From Escherichia phage CF2, in the sequence record KY608966: a stretch of DNA of 53,242 bases; one strand, given 5' to 3'. The notes under the pieces were generated by a model that saw nothing but the letters and a program-made list of their open reading frames with translations, had not been told where the DNA came from and did no database searches. Numbering within the stretch: position 1 is the first letter of the stretch; each line of letters starts with the position of its first letter. Shown one piece after another: positions 25,266-34,607 of the stretch. A program made the translations under genes and the position numbers.

Positions 25266-26158
25266 GTGACATCTTTGCTGGAATTACTGATGCTGCCAAC
25301 GACTTGTACCAAGATGCCCGTGACAGACTCATGGGCGACGGTACAACCACCTTACGCTTCCGCAACTGCGGAGGCATTAAGATGGATGCTGTCACTAACG
25401 AAGAACATCAGTCTGACCTTGACATCGCTGACAACGAACTTGAGTCCGGGGCTAAGGCTTCGGACCATGCCGCTGTACAACCGAAAGTTATTACAGTCAC
25501 TGGCGTGGTAGTTGGTTATATCGACGAGTCAATTCAAGAGTCAACAATTAAGGATGTAACCGGTCTACGGTCTATGGATTTCTTGGATGATATTCAGCTT
25601 CCACAGGTAGTGTCTACTGTCCTCGAAGGAACAAGGGACTTTGCTGTTAACAAGCTAGTCTCATTCATAGACTGGGGCGGTTTAGACGCCACCATTTCAC
25701 GCTCTTTAGTTCCATGGCTTCCTGACTTTAGTATAGCTGAACAACTTAAGTCTTCGGACAACATGAGGATTGAACAGGTATACCGTACACTGCTGGATTT
25801 ACAGAAAAACGTTATTTACTGTGACGTTGATACTGGTATCTTCAAGTATACGAATATGCTTTTGAAGTCTGTTCGTGTTGTGCAGGAGAAAGATGGTTCA
25901 GCTACGTTTACCCTTACGTTCCGTGAAGTCATTGAAGTACCGATTGTAGTTACAAACGCTGTAGCCGCTAAGTCGACAGGTCGCCCTGCTAATAACGGCA
26001 CTAAGAAAAGCGGACGTGCACAAGGTCAGGGTGATGCCACCAGTAAGAAGGACATAAACACAACTACACCGATTAGCGAGAAACGTGTAAACGATAACCG
26101 CGGTTTTGGTGTAACGCTCGGTGACATGTTTGGTTTTAACTTACGAGGCATATTCTGA
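25262..26158 (+). CDS. Tail or baseplate protein (DNA-circulation-protein-like position)
   Basis: 298 aa, coupled by an ATGA overlap, between the tape measure and hub genes. Confidence 0.45.
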   Translation: MSDIFAGITDAANDLYQDARDRLMGDGTTTLRFRNCGGIKMDAVTNEEHQSDLDIADNELESGAKASDHAAVQPKVITVTGVVVGYIDESIQESTIKDVTGLRSMDFLDDIQLPQVVSTVLEGTRDFAVNKLVSFIDWGGLDATISRSLVPWLPDFSIAEQLKSSDNMRIEQVYRTLLDLQKNVIYCDVDTGIFKYTNMLLKSVRVVQEKDGSATFTLTFREVIEVPIVVTNAVAAKSTGRPANNGTKKSGRAQGQGDATSKKDINTTTPISEKRVNDNRGFGVTLGDMFGFNLRGIF

Positions 26159-26550
26159 TGATATTTACCACAACTGCTTTCCTTGACATTATAGGTAATG
26201 ATGGTTCTGGTATTTACGACTTGGAACCTACCTCCGAAGGTAAGCAATCAATATCAATTTCTATCGCTGGATATACGTATAACATTGAGTTGTACTATAA
26301 CACGGTAGGTCAGCTCTGGCAGGCTACAGTGACTGACATATCAAGTAATGCTGTACTTTGTTCCAGTTATGCTTTACAATATGGGCGTATTGCTTTTGGT
26401 AACTGGGACACGCGTATAGCGTTGCTGGTAAGTGACAAATCCTCCAGCCGCATCGGTCCTATGACTACAGATGACATGGGAGGACGTTGCAGTGTCTACA
26501 TCGTCGACAAAACAGCCTACCCGTCAGTTTGGCCGCGCGTTAAAGCTTGA
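26158..26550 (+). CDS. Hypothetical baseplate or tail protein
   Basis: 130-aa coupled ORF. Confidence 0.45.
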   Translation: MIFTTTAFLDIIGNDGSGIYDLEPTSEGKQSISISIAGYTYNIELYYNTVGQLWQATVTDISSNAVLCSSYALQYGRIAFGNWDTRIALLVSDKSSSRIGPMTTDDMGGRCSVYIVDKTAYPSVWPRVKA

Positions 26551-27451
26551 GGTCAGCAACGGTAAAGATGAAGGCATAATCATCTCAAATCTTCGTGTTA
26601 CCTTTGACATTCAAAAGGGTAACACGAAGCATCCAAATAAAGCGACAATCACAGTGTTCAACTTGACTGAATCCAACCGTTATAAGTTGGCGTCAGGTAC
26701 CTGGGATTACGTCCGCCTCTCTGTGGGTTACGGTCTTGACAACATAGTTTATCGCTTGATATTCGAAGGCGATATTACTCGCGCTAATGACCAACGAAAC
26801 GGCCTTGATATTCAGACTGTTCTCGAATGTGGCGATGCCCGTAAGTCTTACAACGATGGCTTTGTTAATACGACGCTGGCCGCTGGCTCTACGTATGACA
26901 GTGTTGTTGACGTTTGCCTGGCTAGTATACCAAACGTTGAAGAAGGGTACGTCTGCCTTGACAGCAACAAACCAGCTTTCCTGAGAGCACGTACTCTGTT
27001 CGGACAAACGCACAGCATACTCGACCAGGTTGCTGCTGCCAACAAGGCTACCTGGTCTATACAAGACAATAAACTCAATATCATTCCTAACGACTCTGTT
27101 ACTGACTACGACGTTGTTGTGCTGTCAGAATCGTCTGGTATGATTGGTGCTCCTCGCGGCACAGACAAAGGTCTTGAGGTTACTTGCAACCTGAATCCTT
27201 CTCTGGCCATCGGTGGTCTTGTACAAGTAAATTCTATGTTTACACAGTACAACGGACAGTATAAAATCGACACTATAAGATTTCGGGGTGACAATAAACC
27301 GAAAGGACCGTGGCGTGCTGACTTGACGGTTCTCGGTGGACAGTTTGCTAAGAAAGTTCGTCGACTCAAGAAGCCACGCAAACTGTCGAAGATTGAGTAC
27401 GACTATGTTACTGAACCCGGTGTTGACCATACAGTAGGCGGAGGTAGCTGA
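26471..27451 (+). CDS. Baseplate hub protein (Mu gpP / P2 gpD-like position)
   Basis: About 320 aa. An alternative start is GTG 26492, with GGAGG 8 nt upstream. Confidence 0.5.
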   Translation: MTWEDVAVSTSSTKQPTRQFGRALKLEVSNGKDEGIIISNLRVTFDIQKGNTKHPNKATITVFNLTESNRYKLASGTWDYVRLSVGYGLDNIVYRLIFEGDITRANDQRNGLDIQTVLECGDARKSYNDGFVNTTLAAGSTYDSVVDVCLASIPNVEEGYVCLDSNKPAFLRARTLFGQTHSILDQVAAANKATWSIQDNKLNIIPNDSVTDYDVVVLSESSGMIGAPRGTDKGLEVTCNLNPSLAIGGLVQVNSMFTQYNGQYKIDTIRFRGDNKPKGPWRADLTVLGGQFAKKVRRLKKPRKLSKIEYDYVTEPGVDHTVGGGS

Positions 27452-28098
27452 TGTCAGCTATTGACTATAATACAGCAACACTTGATGAGGCAATTGAGGC
27501 TGCACTGTTTGCTGCAATGATTGGTAAGCGCCACTGTTTACCTGGCCGCATAGTATCGTTTAACAGCAACCTACAGACTGTTGTTGTTGAACCTATGGTC
27601 AGTGCTGAAAACGAAGATGGTTCAATGAGACCGCTACCACCAGCAGCTGATGTTCCTTTGTTCCAGCTAGGCGGTGGTGATTTTGTTATAACGCTTGAAC
27701 CAAAGAAAGGCGACCCGTGCTTACTTCTTGTTGCTGACAGATGTATTGACGTATGGTATGAGCTGGCTGAAAACGCTATACCAGGTGACTTCCGACAGAA
27801 CGACCTGTCAGACTGCTTCTGTCTTGTGGGCTTCAGACCTAAGCCTCTGAAGATAACAAACTGGATGGAAGGTGTAACTATCCGTAAGGTTGACGGAAGT
27901 CACTATATCAATATTAATAATGCTGGCAAGGTATCGATAAAGGCTACAGCAGTGGACTTGCTTGATACACCAACACTTAATGCACCAAACACAGAAGCCA
28001 AGTTTAAAGAAGTTGACATTGGCGGCGTTAAGATGTCCAAACACAGACACCAAGAAAACGGTGACGGTGGCGGTATTACTAATGGCCCGCAAAACTAG
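27451..28098 (+). CDS. Baseplate central spike (gpV / gp138-like)
   Basis: 'CLPGRIVSFNSNLQTVVVEPMV' OB-fold-type N-terminus and a Gly-rich C-terminal tip 'HQENGDGGGITNG'. Confidence 0.6.
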   Translation: MSAIDYNTATLDEAIEAALFAAMIGKRHCLPGRIVSFNSNLQTVVVEPMVSAENEDGSMRPLPPAADVPLFQLGGGDFVITLEPKKGDPCLLLVADRCIDVWYELAENAIPGDFRQNDLSDCFCLVGFRPKPLKITNWMEGVTIRKVDGSHYININNAGKVSIKATAVDLLDTPTLNAPNTEAKFKEVDIGGVKMSKHRHQENGDGGGITNGPQN

Positions 28099-28108
28099 GT
28101 AACCCACA

Positions 28109-28480
28109 ATGCGAACTAGACGACTCGATTCAAACTGGGACTGGAATTTTGGGCGTGGCAGACTTGACTACGCCGATACGTCTGAGTCCATTGAACAACG
28201 CATCGTGCAGATACTCCGCTGTTATACTATGGACTGGGTACATGACCTGGACTATGGCATTGACTGGTTCGGACTAATGGAGAAGCCTGTTCGATGGGCT
28301 GACCTGGAGGCTGCAATCAAGACAGCAATACTTGCGGAGTATGGAGTTAGTTCTATCGAGAGCTTTACCCTAAGCTTCGACCCTGACTCACGTCACGCTG
28401 TTTATTCGGTTGAGGTTAATGATATTTACCACAACACAACCTCTATTAACAGAAGTATTAATTTAACCGGAGAAAACTGA
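28109..28480 (+). CDS. Baseplate wedge protein (gp25 / gpW-like)
   Basis: 123 aa, 'SIEQRIVQILRCYTMDWVHDLDYGIDW'. Confidence 0.55.
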   Translation: MRTRRLDSNWDWNFGRGRLDYADTSESIEQRIVQILRCYTMDWVHDLDYGIDWFGLMEKPVRWADLEAAIKTAILAEYGVSSIESFTLSFDPDSRHAVYSVEVNDIYHNTTSINRSINLTGEN

Positions 28481-29652
28481 TGGGCTCTGTAACTAGCACA
28501 GGCTATGTTCCCGTCAAGCTCGACGACTGGATCAGCAGATTCGAAACGCTTTTCCGTCGGGTGTATGGCGCGGATATTGATTTGTCAGCTAAGTCTGCTG
28601 ACGGACAAATGGTTGGTATTCTGGCGCAGATGTTTGCAGACCAGGACGAGCAAGTTGCAATTCTGTTTTCTATGCTTGACCCTAACCAGGCATCTGGTGT
28701 ATACGTAGACCAGTTCCTTGCCTACGTAGCGCTTCAGCGTAAAGGCGAGATGTCAACGCTGTTGACCAGGGTTAAGATTGAAGGTGACCGTAACACTATT
28801 ATACGTACTCCTTACTATGTAACTGACAGCTCGAATAACGTGTACCAGCTTAACTCCACTGTTGCGCTGGATGATAACGGTGTAGTCGAAACAAGCTTCA
28901 GTTCTGTTAAGACTGGCCGCTTTGTCGTACTTGCAAACGATGAGCTTAAACCACAGACCATCGTTTCTGGTGTGCGTAAAGTTACCAACATGCAAGTGTC
29001 GTCTGGCGGTGCGTCCACTGAGCTTGACTCTGAGGCTATAGACCGTGCGTATAACTCTTACGGCAAACCTGGCACGAACAGCTTAGACGGTATTGTTGCT
29101 GAGATTCGTCAGATGACTGATGTTATCGCTTGTAACGGTTACGAGAACGAAGAAGATACTCGGGACCCGTTAACTGGCTTACCTCCTCACAGTATGCAGA
29201 TTGTTGTGGATGGTGGTTCGCCTGCTGCTATTGCTGACTGTATCTTCCGTCGTAAGACTAATGGCTGTAAGCAGATTGGCACTGTGTCTTATCAGATTAC
29301 GGATAAGTCAGGTACACAGCGCACAATGAAATGGAGTCAGCCTACTTATGTTGAGGCTTATGCTTCACTTGTTGTAGCCCGTAAGGAACTGTTTACCGAC
29401 GTTTCCGAGGAACTTATTAAGAATGCTATTCTGTCCAAGGTATACAATATCGGTGAAGAGGTATCAACCTATGAACTTGGCCAGCTGATTCAAGAAGCGA
29501 ATGGCGTAAGCCCCAACTTCTACATCAAAACTTTCTTTGTGGGTAAATCAGCTAATCCGTCGACAGATACGATTCTGCGTATCACTGCTCTTGAGCGTGC
29601 AATATTCACTGCAGACCGTATCACTATTGCAGTGGTGAATGCTGATGGCTGA
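28480..29652 (+). CDS. Baseplate J-like protein
   Basis: 390 aa, immediately after the gp25-like gene. Confidence 0.6.
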   Translation: MGSVTSTGYVPVKLDDWISRFETLFRRVYGADIDLSAKSADGQMVGILAQMFADQDEQVAILFSMLDPNQASGVYVDQFLAYVALQRKGEMSTLLTRVKIEGDRNTIIRTPYYVTDSSNNVYQLNSTVALDDNGVVETSFSSVKTGRFVVLANDELKPQTIVSGVRKVTNMQVSSGGASTELDSEAIDRAYNSYGKPGTNSLDGIVAEIRQMTDVIACNGYENEEDTRDPLTGLPPHSMQIVVDGGSPAAIADCIFRRKTNGCKQIGTVSYQITDKSGTQRTMKWSQPTYVEAYASLVVARKELFTDVSEELIKNAILSKVYNIGEEVSTYELGQLIQEANGVSPNFYIKTFFVGKSANPSTDTILRITALERAIFTADRITIAVVNADG

Positions 29653-30298
29653 ATATCATAAACTACTTATTCAACAGTACGCTGATAAGCCAAAAGCTGT
29701 TGCAACTATTAAGGGCTTCGATGATGCAATTCAGGGTATCTGGGACGGCGCCCAACAAGTTGTTGATAGCCTTAATATCGATAAAGCTTTCGGTAAAGGT
29801 CTTGATAATGTTGCAGCCCGCGTCGGCGCATCTCGTGTTCTCAAGAAAGGCGTAGACCGTAAGTTCTTCGGCTTTACCAACAAAGTACCAGATGTGCTTG
29901 GCTTCGGTGGTTCGTCTGGTAATAAAGGTGGCCCGTTCTATCGCTACGGTGCATCAGTATGGGACCCGGTAATTCTTGACGACATTGACCTGCGTACTTA
30001 CATCAAGATGAAAATCTGGAAGAACATGCAAGACGGTACTATGCCGTATCTAATTGACTTCCTGATTGAATTCTTCGGAATGAATAACTTCGTTATAACT
30101 GACAACGAAGATATGACAATGACTCTGGAGATATACAGTACTCTGACACCACTTAAGCAAGTGCTGATTCAGAACTACGATATACTTCCGCGCCCCACAG
30201 GGGTAAAGATTGAACTTAACACGAGCGTTGACGTTACGGATAGTCTGTACCGTTACGCTACTGTAAACTTACCAGCACAGGTGAATGTATATGGCTGA
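29639..30298 (+). CDS. Baseplate/tail protein (gpI / Mu gp48-like position)
   Basis: 219 aa, between the J-like and fibre genes. Confidence 0.5.
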   Translation: MLMAEYHKLLIQQYADKPKAVATIKGFDDAIQGIWDGAQQVVDSLNIDKAFGKGLDNVAARVGASRVLKKGVDRKFFGFTNKVPDVLGFGGSSGNKGGPFYRYGASVWDPVILDDIDLRTYIKMKIWKNMQDGTMPYLIDFLIEFFGMNNFVITDNEDMTMTLEIYSTLTPLKQVLIQNYDILPRPTGVKIELNTSVDVTDSLYRYATVNLPAQVNVYG

Positions 30299-31625
30299 TG
30301 TACAAACAAGACCCGACAACGACATCTTCGCCAGCTCCGCGGGTACTGGTGAACTGCTGCCGTTCGGTGACCTTGCTCGTGGCTGGGGTGCAACCCTTGG
30401 CTACTCGGAAGGTATTCCTCCGATGGAGTGGTTTAACTTTATCGGTAACCGTACTGACAAAGGTATCCACTACATCCTTCAGCAGGGTGTTGATATATGG
30501 GTAGAAACTGAGACCTACCCGGTTGGTGCACTGGTTAAAGTTAACGCCGACAATATGCTGTACCGTTGTCTGGTGCAGAACATTAATATGCCACCGTCTG
30601 CTAACCCTACTCAGTGGCGCCCTGTTCTCGACCTGACTGCGGCAACTGCTGCAGCACGACAGGTTGGTAAAGCCTCTGGTAACGTAATCCAGGTCGGTGC
30701 ATTTGGGCTAGGTGGCAACGCTGAGGTAGTTACTAATGCTAACAGCATTGTAAACGACGGTATCTACCAGCTTCCAGCGTCAGGTACTGGCGGACCTACT
30801 AACGGCGTTGAGACTGAGATTCTGCATATCAACTGGGATGCGAAAAACGCTTCACAGTGGGGACGCACCAAGGGTAAGCGCGTAATAGCCATGCGCGAGA
30901 AGGTTAATAATACCTGGGGCGGATGGTCATACTCTTACGGGCCTGATAATAAACCTACGGCATCTGAGCTGGGCATTAACCAGGACTTCATCCCTATGGA
31001 TGGTTCTGACTCAATCCGCGGCAACTTAGGTACTGTAGGCTGGTTACATATTGCACGTACTACTTCCGACTTGCTACGTGCTGCTAACTCCGCCGGTGTA
31101 GGTACTGTTGAGTATTCTGGTAACATCGCAGGCGGTACTGCTGTTCAGGAGTTGCTGACTTCAGTTTCTGTAGCGGCTAACAGTAATGTTGTCACTGCTG
31201 CTCGCTGGGGATCTGTGCCTATGTCGCACATCCAGCACATCCTTGTGGCTGGCGGTGCTACACAGATTAACATGGCAGTATGTCGCCCTGGTGGTATTGC
31301 CGACCGCCGTACAGTAGCTTTGCAGGTGGATGGCCTTAACAGCCGAGTAACTACCACAAATAGCTTTATTTTATGTGAGAATGGTGTTAGAGTATATTCA
31401 CCTAACAACCCGCAGCCTATCGATACTTCAGCCGGTAACGTTCGGGGTATTCGACTTGGCGCTCGTATTGCTGCTGGTGTATCCGAGTCAACGTTCTACC
31501 CTGGGCATGTAATGACTGGCTGGCGCTTCGGCAATAAGAAAGAGCTGCGCGGTGGTACATACTGGTCAGCGCCGTTACAGTATTATATCAACGGCACTTG
31601 GATTAACGTAAGCAACGTATCGTAA
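30285..31625 (+). CDS. Tail fibre protein
   Basis: Fibre-type N-terminus 'LARGWGATLGYSEGIPPMEWFNFIGNRTDKGIHYILQQGV..W'. The start is ATG 30285 or 30291. Confidence 0.75.
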   Translation: MYMADVQTRPDNDIFASSAGTGELLPFGDLARGWGATLGYSEGIPPMEWFNFIGNRTDKGIHYILQQGVDIWVETETYPVGALVKVNADNMLYRCLVQNINMPPSANPTQWRPVLDLTAATAAARQVGKASGNVIQVGAFGLGGNAEVVTNANSIVNDGIYQLPASGTGGPTNGVETEILHINWDAKNASQWGRTKGKRVIAMREKVNNTWGGWSYSYGPDNKPTASELGINQDFIPMDGSDSIRGNLGTVGWLHIARTTSDLLRAANSAGVGTVEYSGNIAGGTAVQELLTSVSVAANSNVVTAARWGSVPMSHIQHILVAGGATQINMAVCRPGGIADRRTVALQVDGLNSRVTTTNSFILCENGVRVYSPNNPQPIDTSAGNVRGIRLGARIAAGVSESTFYPGHVMTGWRFGNKKELRGGTYWSAPLQYYINGTWINVSNVS

Positions 31626-31634
31626 AGGTTTATT

Positions 31635-32177
31635 ATGACTAAGCATAAGGTGTTCCGTAACTTTACCATGTACCATCCTGAGGTAACAGAAGAGAACGAG
31701 AACATTGTAAATGCTGGTGCAATCTTCCTCAAGGACGAGGAAGGTCGCGACTGGTACAATCTCGCAAAAGAGTTCGCTATCAAATACGAAGGCGCAACGT
31801 TCTTGCAGGTAGATAAGAACGGAGTTGTAATTGCCGCACATACCGACCCGACTATGTTCCATCCTGTGGGCTGCGATATGGTAGTAACATACGACCCGCC
31901 TTTCAACATCTTCGAGACTGTTGGCGAATGGCTGTTCGACGGTAAAGAGTTTACGCTTAACGCACCAATGATGAAGGAGATTGCTCGTGAGCGTAAAGAA
32001 CAAGCTCTGTCCATCGCTTCGTCCAAAGTCAGTGTTTTACGCGACACAGTTGATAGTGGCAATGCTACCGATGAAGAAAAAGAGCTATTTGCTAAATGGC
32101 GTGATTACAGGATTGCTGTCAATCGTCTTGACATTAACCTTGGTTCCGCTATGGTTGTTCCACCTATGCCGGAGTAA
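31635..32177 (+). CDS. Tail fibre assembly protein (Tfa) 1
   Basis: C-terminus 'WRDYRIAVNRLDINLGSAMVVPPMPE' is typical of Tfa chaperones. Confidence 0.7.
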   Translation: MTKHKVFRNFTMYHPEVTEENENIVNAGAIFLKDEEGRDWYNLAKEFAIKYEGATFLQVDKNGVVIAAHTDPTMFHPVGCDMVVTYDPPFNIFETVGEWLFDGKEFTLNAPMMKEIARERKEQALSIASSKVSVLRDTVDSGNATDEEKELFAKWRDYRIAVNRLDINLGSAMVVPPMPE

Positions 32178-32180
32178 ACC

Positions 32181-32684
32181 ATGCAACTGTCATTTTTCAA
32201 CTTTACAGAATACAACCCACAAAGGACGGCGGAGACACTTCCGCTGATTAAGCAAGGCGTTGTATTCATCAAGGATAACAACGGTAATGACTGGCGCAAG
32301 CTGGCTAAAGAGCTGGCTAAGAATAAAGAGCTGGTTCATTACATTGTTGTGGACAAGTACAATGCTGTTGCCGCGTATGCTAACGATCCTACGCTACTGT
32401 TTCCTGTTAATTGCGATTTGCATATTGTTGAGTCTGTCCCTGTTGCTAAGTTTGCGGATTGCTATTACGAATGGTCGTACGTTAATGGCAAGTTTGTTAA
32501 GCACTCTGAACTGCAGAAGGTGATTGCAGAAGAACGCCTGCAGGAAGAACAGGCTTGGGTTGAAGGACAACTCGACACTGAAGAAGATGAGGAACGTATT
32601 ATCGCTCTCCATAAATTCCGTGCCGATTTGTTGCTGCTTGTTATGTCAGATGCGCCGCATATCGACTGGCCTGTACGACCGTAA
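32181..32684 (+). CDS. Tail fibre assembly protein (Tfa) 2, paralogue
   Basis: Collinear similarity to Tfa 1. C-terminus 'FRADLLLLVMSDAPHIDWPVRP'. Confidence 0.7.
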   Translation: MQLSFFNFTEYNPQRTAETLPLIKQGVVFIKDNNGNDWRKLAKELAKNKELVHYIVVDKYNAVAAYANDPTLLFPVNCDLHIVESVPVAKFADCYYEWSYVNGKFVKHSELQKVIAEERLQEEQAWVEGQLDTEEDEERIIALHKFRADLLLLVMSDAPHIDWPVRP

Positions 32685-32691
32685 CTAATTG

Positions 32692-32731
32692 CTACCAGCA
32701 AGCTTGTGCAGTTGCTGGTAGTGTTTCTTTT
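32692..32731 (+). terminator. Rho-independent terminator after the fibre module
   Basis: 10-bp stem ctaccagcaa/ttgctggtag followed by 'tgtttctttt'. Confidence 0.75.
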
Positions 32732-32752
32732 ACGCTTGAGTCGTGCTATAAT
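32723..32752 (+). promoter_or_regulatory. Extended -10 promoter (TGcTATAAT) for the lysis cassette
   Basis: TATAAT at 32747-32752 with TG at 32744-32745. The -35 element is weak. Confidence 0.5.
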
Positions 32753-32786
32753 CCACTCTGGGTATACAATAAACCGGAGATATGGG

Positions 32787-33047
32787 ATGTTTGACTACAA
32801 CGACAAGTCTTCCCTTATTGGCCAGTTTGTGGCTTGGGTAACAATAACAGTAAGTACTTTATCACTAAGTGATTGGGGTACTCTTATCGGTATACTCAGT
32901 TCCTTGGTGATGCTGATTGTTGTTACGTATAACCAAACACGGCGAACCAAAATTATGTCGGATTATTACAATCGTAAGAAGCCGATAGAGGATGAAGTCG
33001 CATCTAAAGAAGAGGTGTTGCGTGAGTCTGAAATCAGCAGCGACTAA
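32787..33047 (+). CDS. Holin (two transmembrane domains)
   Basis: 86 aa from ATG 32787. TMDs are 'LIGQFVAWVTITVSTLSL' and 'WGTLIGILSSLVMLIVVTY', and the C-terminus is charged. Confidence 0.65.
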   Translation: MFDYNDKSSLIGQFVAWVTITVSTLSLSDWGTLIGILSSLVMLIVVTYNQTRRTKIMSDYYNRKKPIEDEVASKEEVLRESEISSD

Positions 33048-33567
33048 AGGAGGTTGCAGCGTGCTCGCTATCATCGGGCTTGTTCTGTCGATGACAAGTA
33101 CGCATGTACGTACTAATAAAGAAGGCCTTGAAATAATCGGTAATGCAGAAGGTTGTATGCGCAACCCGTATGTATGCCCTACTGGCTATTTAACAGTTGG
33201 CATTGGTAGCCGCATCTACAGCGATGAGCCCGCTGTACGGCGCGAAGGCTTGACAGACCAGGAGATTGCTGACCGCTGGGTCAAGAATATTCAAGAGGCC
33301 GAAAAATGTGTTAATGACTGGTTCCACGGTAAAGATATGAACACGAACCAGTTCAGTGCCATGACCTCTATGGTATTTAACCATGGTTGCACTAGACTCC
33401 GTAAGAACAAGGATGGTTCACCTACCAAAATATATACTGCTGCTCGTAAACAAAACTGGACTGAAATGTGTAACCGCATAACGGACTGGGATATGGGTGG
33501 TAAGTACAGGGGCTTGACAATACGTAAGCAAAAGGAAAAAGCGCTATGTCTAAAACCGGTGCAATAA
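33022..33567 (+). CDS. lyz: SAR endolysin, P1 Lyz-type lysozyme
   Basis: 'KGGCSVLAIIGLVLS' SAR domain followed by 'VRTNKEGLEIIGNAEGCMRNPYVCPTGYLTVGIG'. This closely matches P1 Lyz as I recall it ('VRTNQAGLELIGNAEGCRRDPYMCPAGVWTDGIG'). GTG 33022 is preferred over ATG 32992. Confidence 0.85.
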   Translation: MSLKSAATKGGCSVLAIIGLVLSMTSTHVRTNKEGLEIIGNAEGCMRNPYVCPTGYLTVGIGSRIYSDEPAVRREGLTDQEIADRWVKNIQEAEKCVNDWFHGKDMNTNQFSAMTSMVFNHGCTRLRKNKDGSPTKIYTAARKQNWTEMCNRITDWDMGGKYRGLTIRKQKEKALCLKPVQ

Positions 33568-33875
33568 TTGCAGTTATTCTCGGCCTCGCCATTGTGTTCC
33601 TGTCTTTGTGGGTACGTGAGCTGAAAGGCGATATTACCGACCGCGACGGTATAATCAAACAGCTTAACAAGACTAATGGCGAGTTGTCTGCTGCTAATCA
33701 AACGCTGATTAATTCTGTAAAGGATGAACGTGAGGCCTCAGCCAAACGCGCCAGTAAGATAGCTGAACTTGAACAACAACTGCGTGATAAGAAGGGTAAA
33801 TATGACGAAGCGACAAAATATGATTCGTGCGCTAATACCGTTGCTCCTTCTGCCGTTCTTGAACTCATGCGCTGA
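33546..33875 (+). CDS. i-spanin (Rz-like)
   Basis: N-terminal TMD 'GAIIAVILGLAIVFLSLWV' followed by a coiled-coil periplasmic domain. Confidence 0.75.
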   Translation: MSKTGAIIAVILGLAIVFLSLWVRELKGDITDRDGIIKQLNKTNGELSAANQTLINSVKDEREASAKRASKIAELEQQLRDKKGKYDEATKYDSCANTVAPSAVLELMR

Positions 33876-34077
33876 TAAGCCTGAAGTTGTTTATGTTGAC
33901 AGGGTAGTCAAGGTTTATCCGCCTGGTGCGTACCTGGTTAAATGCCATAAGCCTGAATTAACAGGTAACACCTGGAAGGCAATAGGTCAGTTAGCTATTG
34001 AACGTGGAACAGCTCTTGATGATTGTGCAGACAAGATGGACAGCATAATTAACTGGAGTAACAAAGGGGCCGAGTGA
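33802..34077 (+). CDS. o-spanin (Rz1-like lipoprotein), overlapping architecture
   Basis: Starts inside the i-spanin gene in another frame and extends beyond it. Signal and lipobox 'MIRALIPLLLLPFLNSC'. Confidence 0.7.
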   Translation: MTKRQNMIRALIPLLLLPFLNSCADKPEVVYVDRVVKVYPPGAYLVKCHKPELTGNTWKAIGQLAIERGTALDDCADKMDSIINWSNKGAE

Positions 34078-34093
34078 TGGCCCCTTTATTTAT
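34065..34093. terminator. Bidirectional terminator between convergent late (+) and replication (-) units
   Basis: Stem ggggcc/ggcccc (34066-34071/34079-34084), flanked by an A-run and a T-run. Confidence 0.7.
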
Positions 34094-34317
34094 TAGCGTT
34101 TTCCTTTCAGCTCGTTATACTGCGCACATGCAGCACACAGCACTGTACCGGGTAAAAGCTGACGTCGTTTTTCTTCAATGTCTTCCCCACACTGGTAGCA
34201 CGTCAGCGGGCTTACTCCGGTGTATCTTACTCTGTTCGATAGTGCTGCGTCCCGGGCAACTTGTTCAGCTTCAGAAGCCATATCAGTAATGTCCGATGTG
34301 CGCATAGTCTCAATCAT
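34093..34317 (-). CDS. TraR/DksA-family C4 zinc-finger protein
   Basis: 'CYQCGEDIEEKRRQLLPGTVLCAACAQ'. Confidence 0.8.
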   Translation of the reverse strand: MIETMRTSDITDMASEAEQVARDAALSNRVRYTGVSPLTCYQCGEDIEEKRRQLLPGTVLCAACAQYNELKGKR

Positions 34318-34592
34318 TATTTTCCCTCTTCTTCACAATACAGGGTTTCTAATTCATCGCATAGCTGTTGCGTCCAGTAATCATCCTCGCCACGTATCTG
34401 GAAGCACAGCACAGGAATATCCTGTCGTAAAATATCGCTCTTGTAAATCTTTTTGGCAACAGCTTCTGGTTCTTCCTGGAATATCTTCATAAACCAGTCC
34501 AGTCCTGACGTACAGCCTGAGGCGTCTAGTATCTCCTTCGCCCTTAACTTAAGCGTTTCATCTGCCTCATACTCTAAACCTATCTTAGACAT
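34317..34592 (-). CDS. Hypothetical protein
   Basis: 91-aa ORF with a TAATG overlap to the downstream gene. Confidence 0.55.
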   Translation of the reverse strand: MSKIGLEYEADETLKLRAKEILDASGCTSGLDWFMKIFQEEPEAVAKKIYKSDILRQDIPVLCFQIRGEDDYWTQQLCDELETLYCEEEGK

Positions 34593-34607
34593 ATTATAGA
34601 CCTTTAA

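Noticed and set aside
8152-27644. E. coli Chi (GCTGGTGG) enrichment.
   Set aside because: I saw only about 5 copies: 8152 and 9118 on the + strand, and 3438, 17399 and 27637 on the - strand. That is a mild excess over the expected 1.6, far weaker than TTGTGGGT.
32992-33021. ATG 32992 as the endolysin start.
   Set aside because: GAGG abuts the ATG with no spacer. GTG 33022 has GAAGAGG about 7 nt upstream and gives the short, positively charged N-terminus typical of SAR endolysins. The choice remains unverified.
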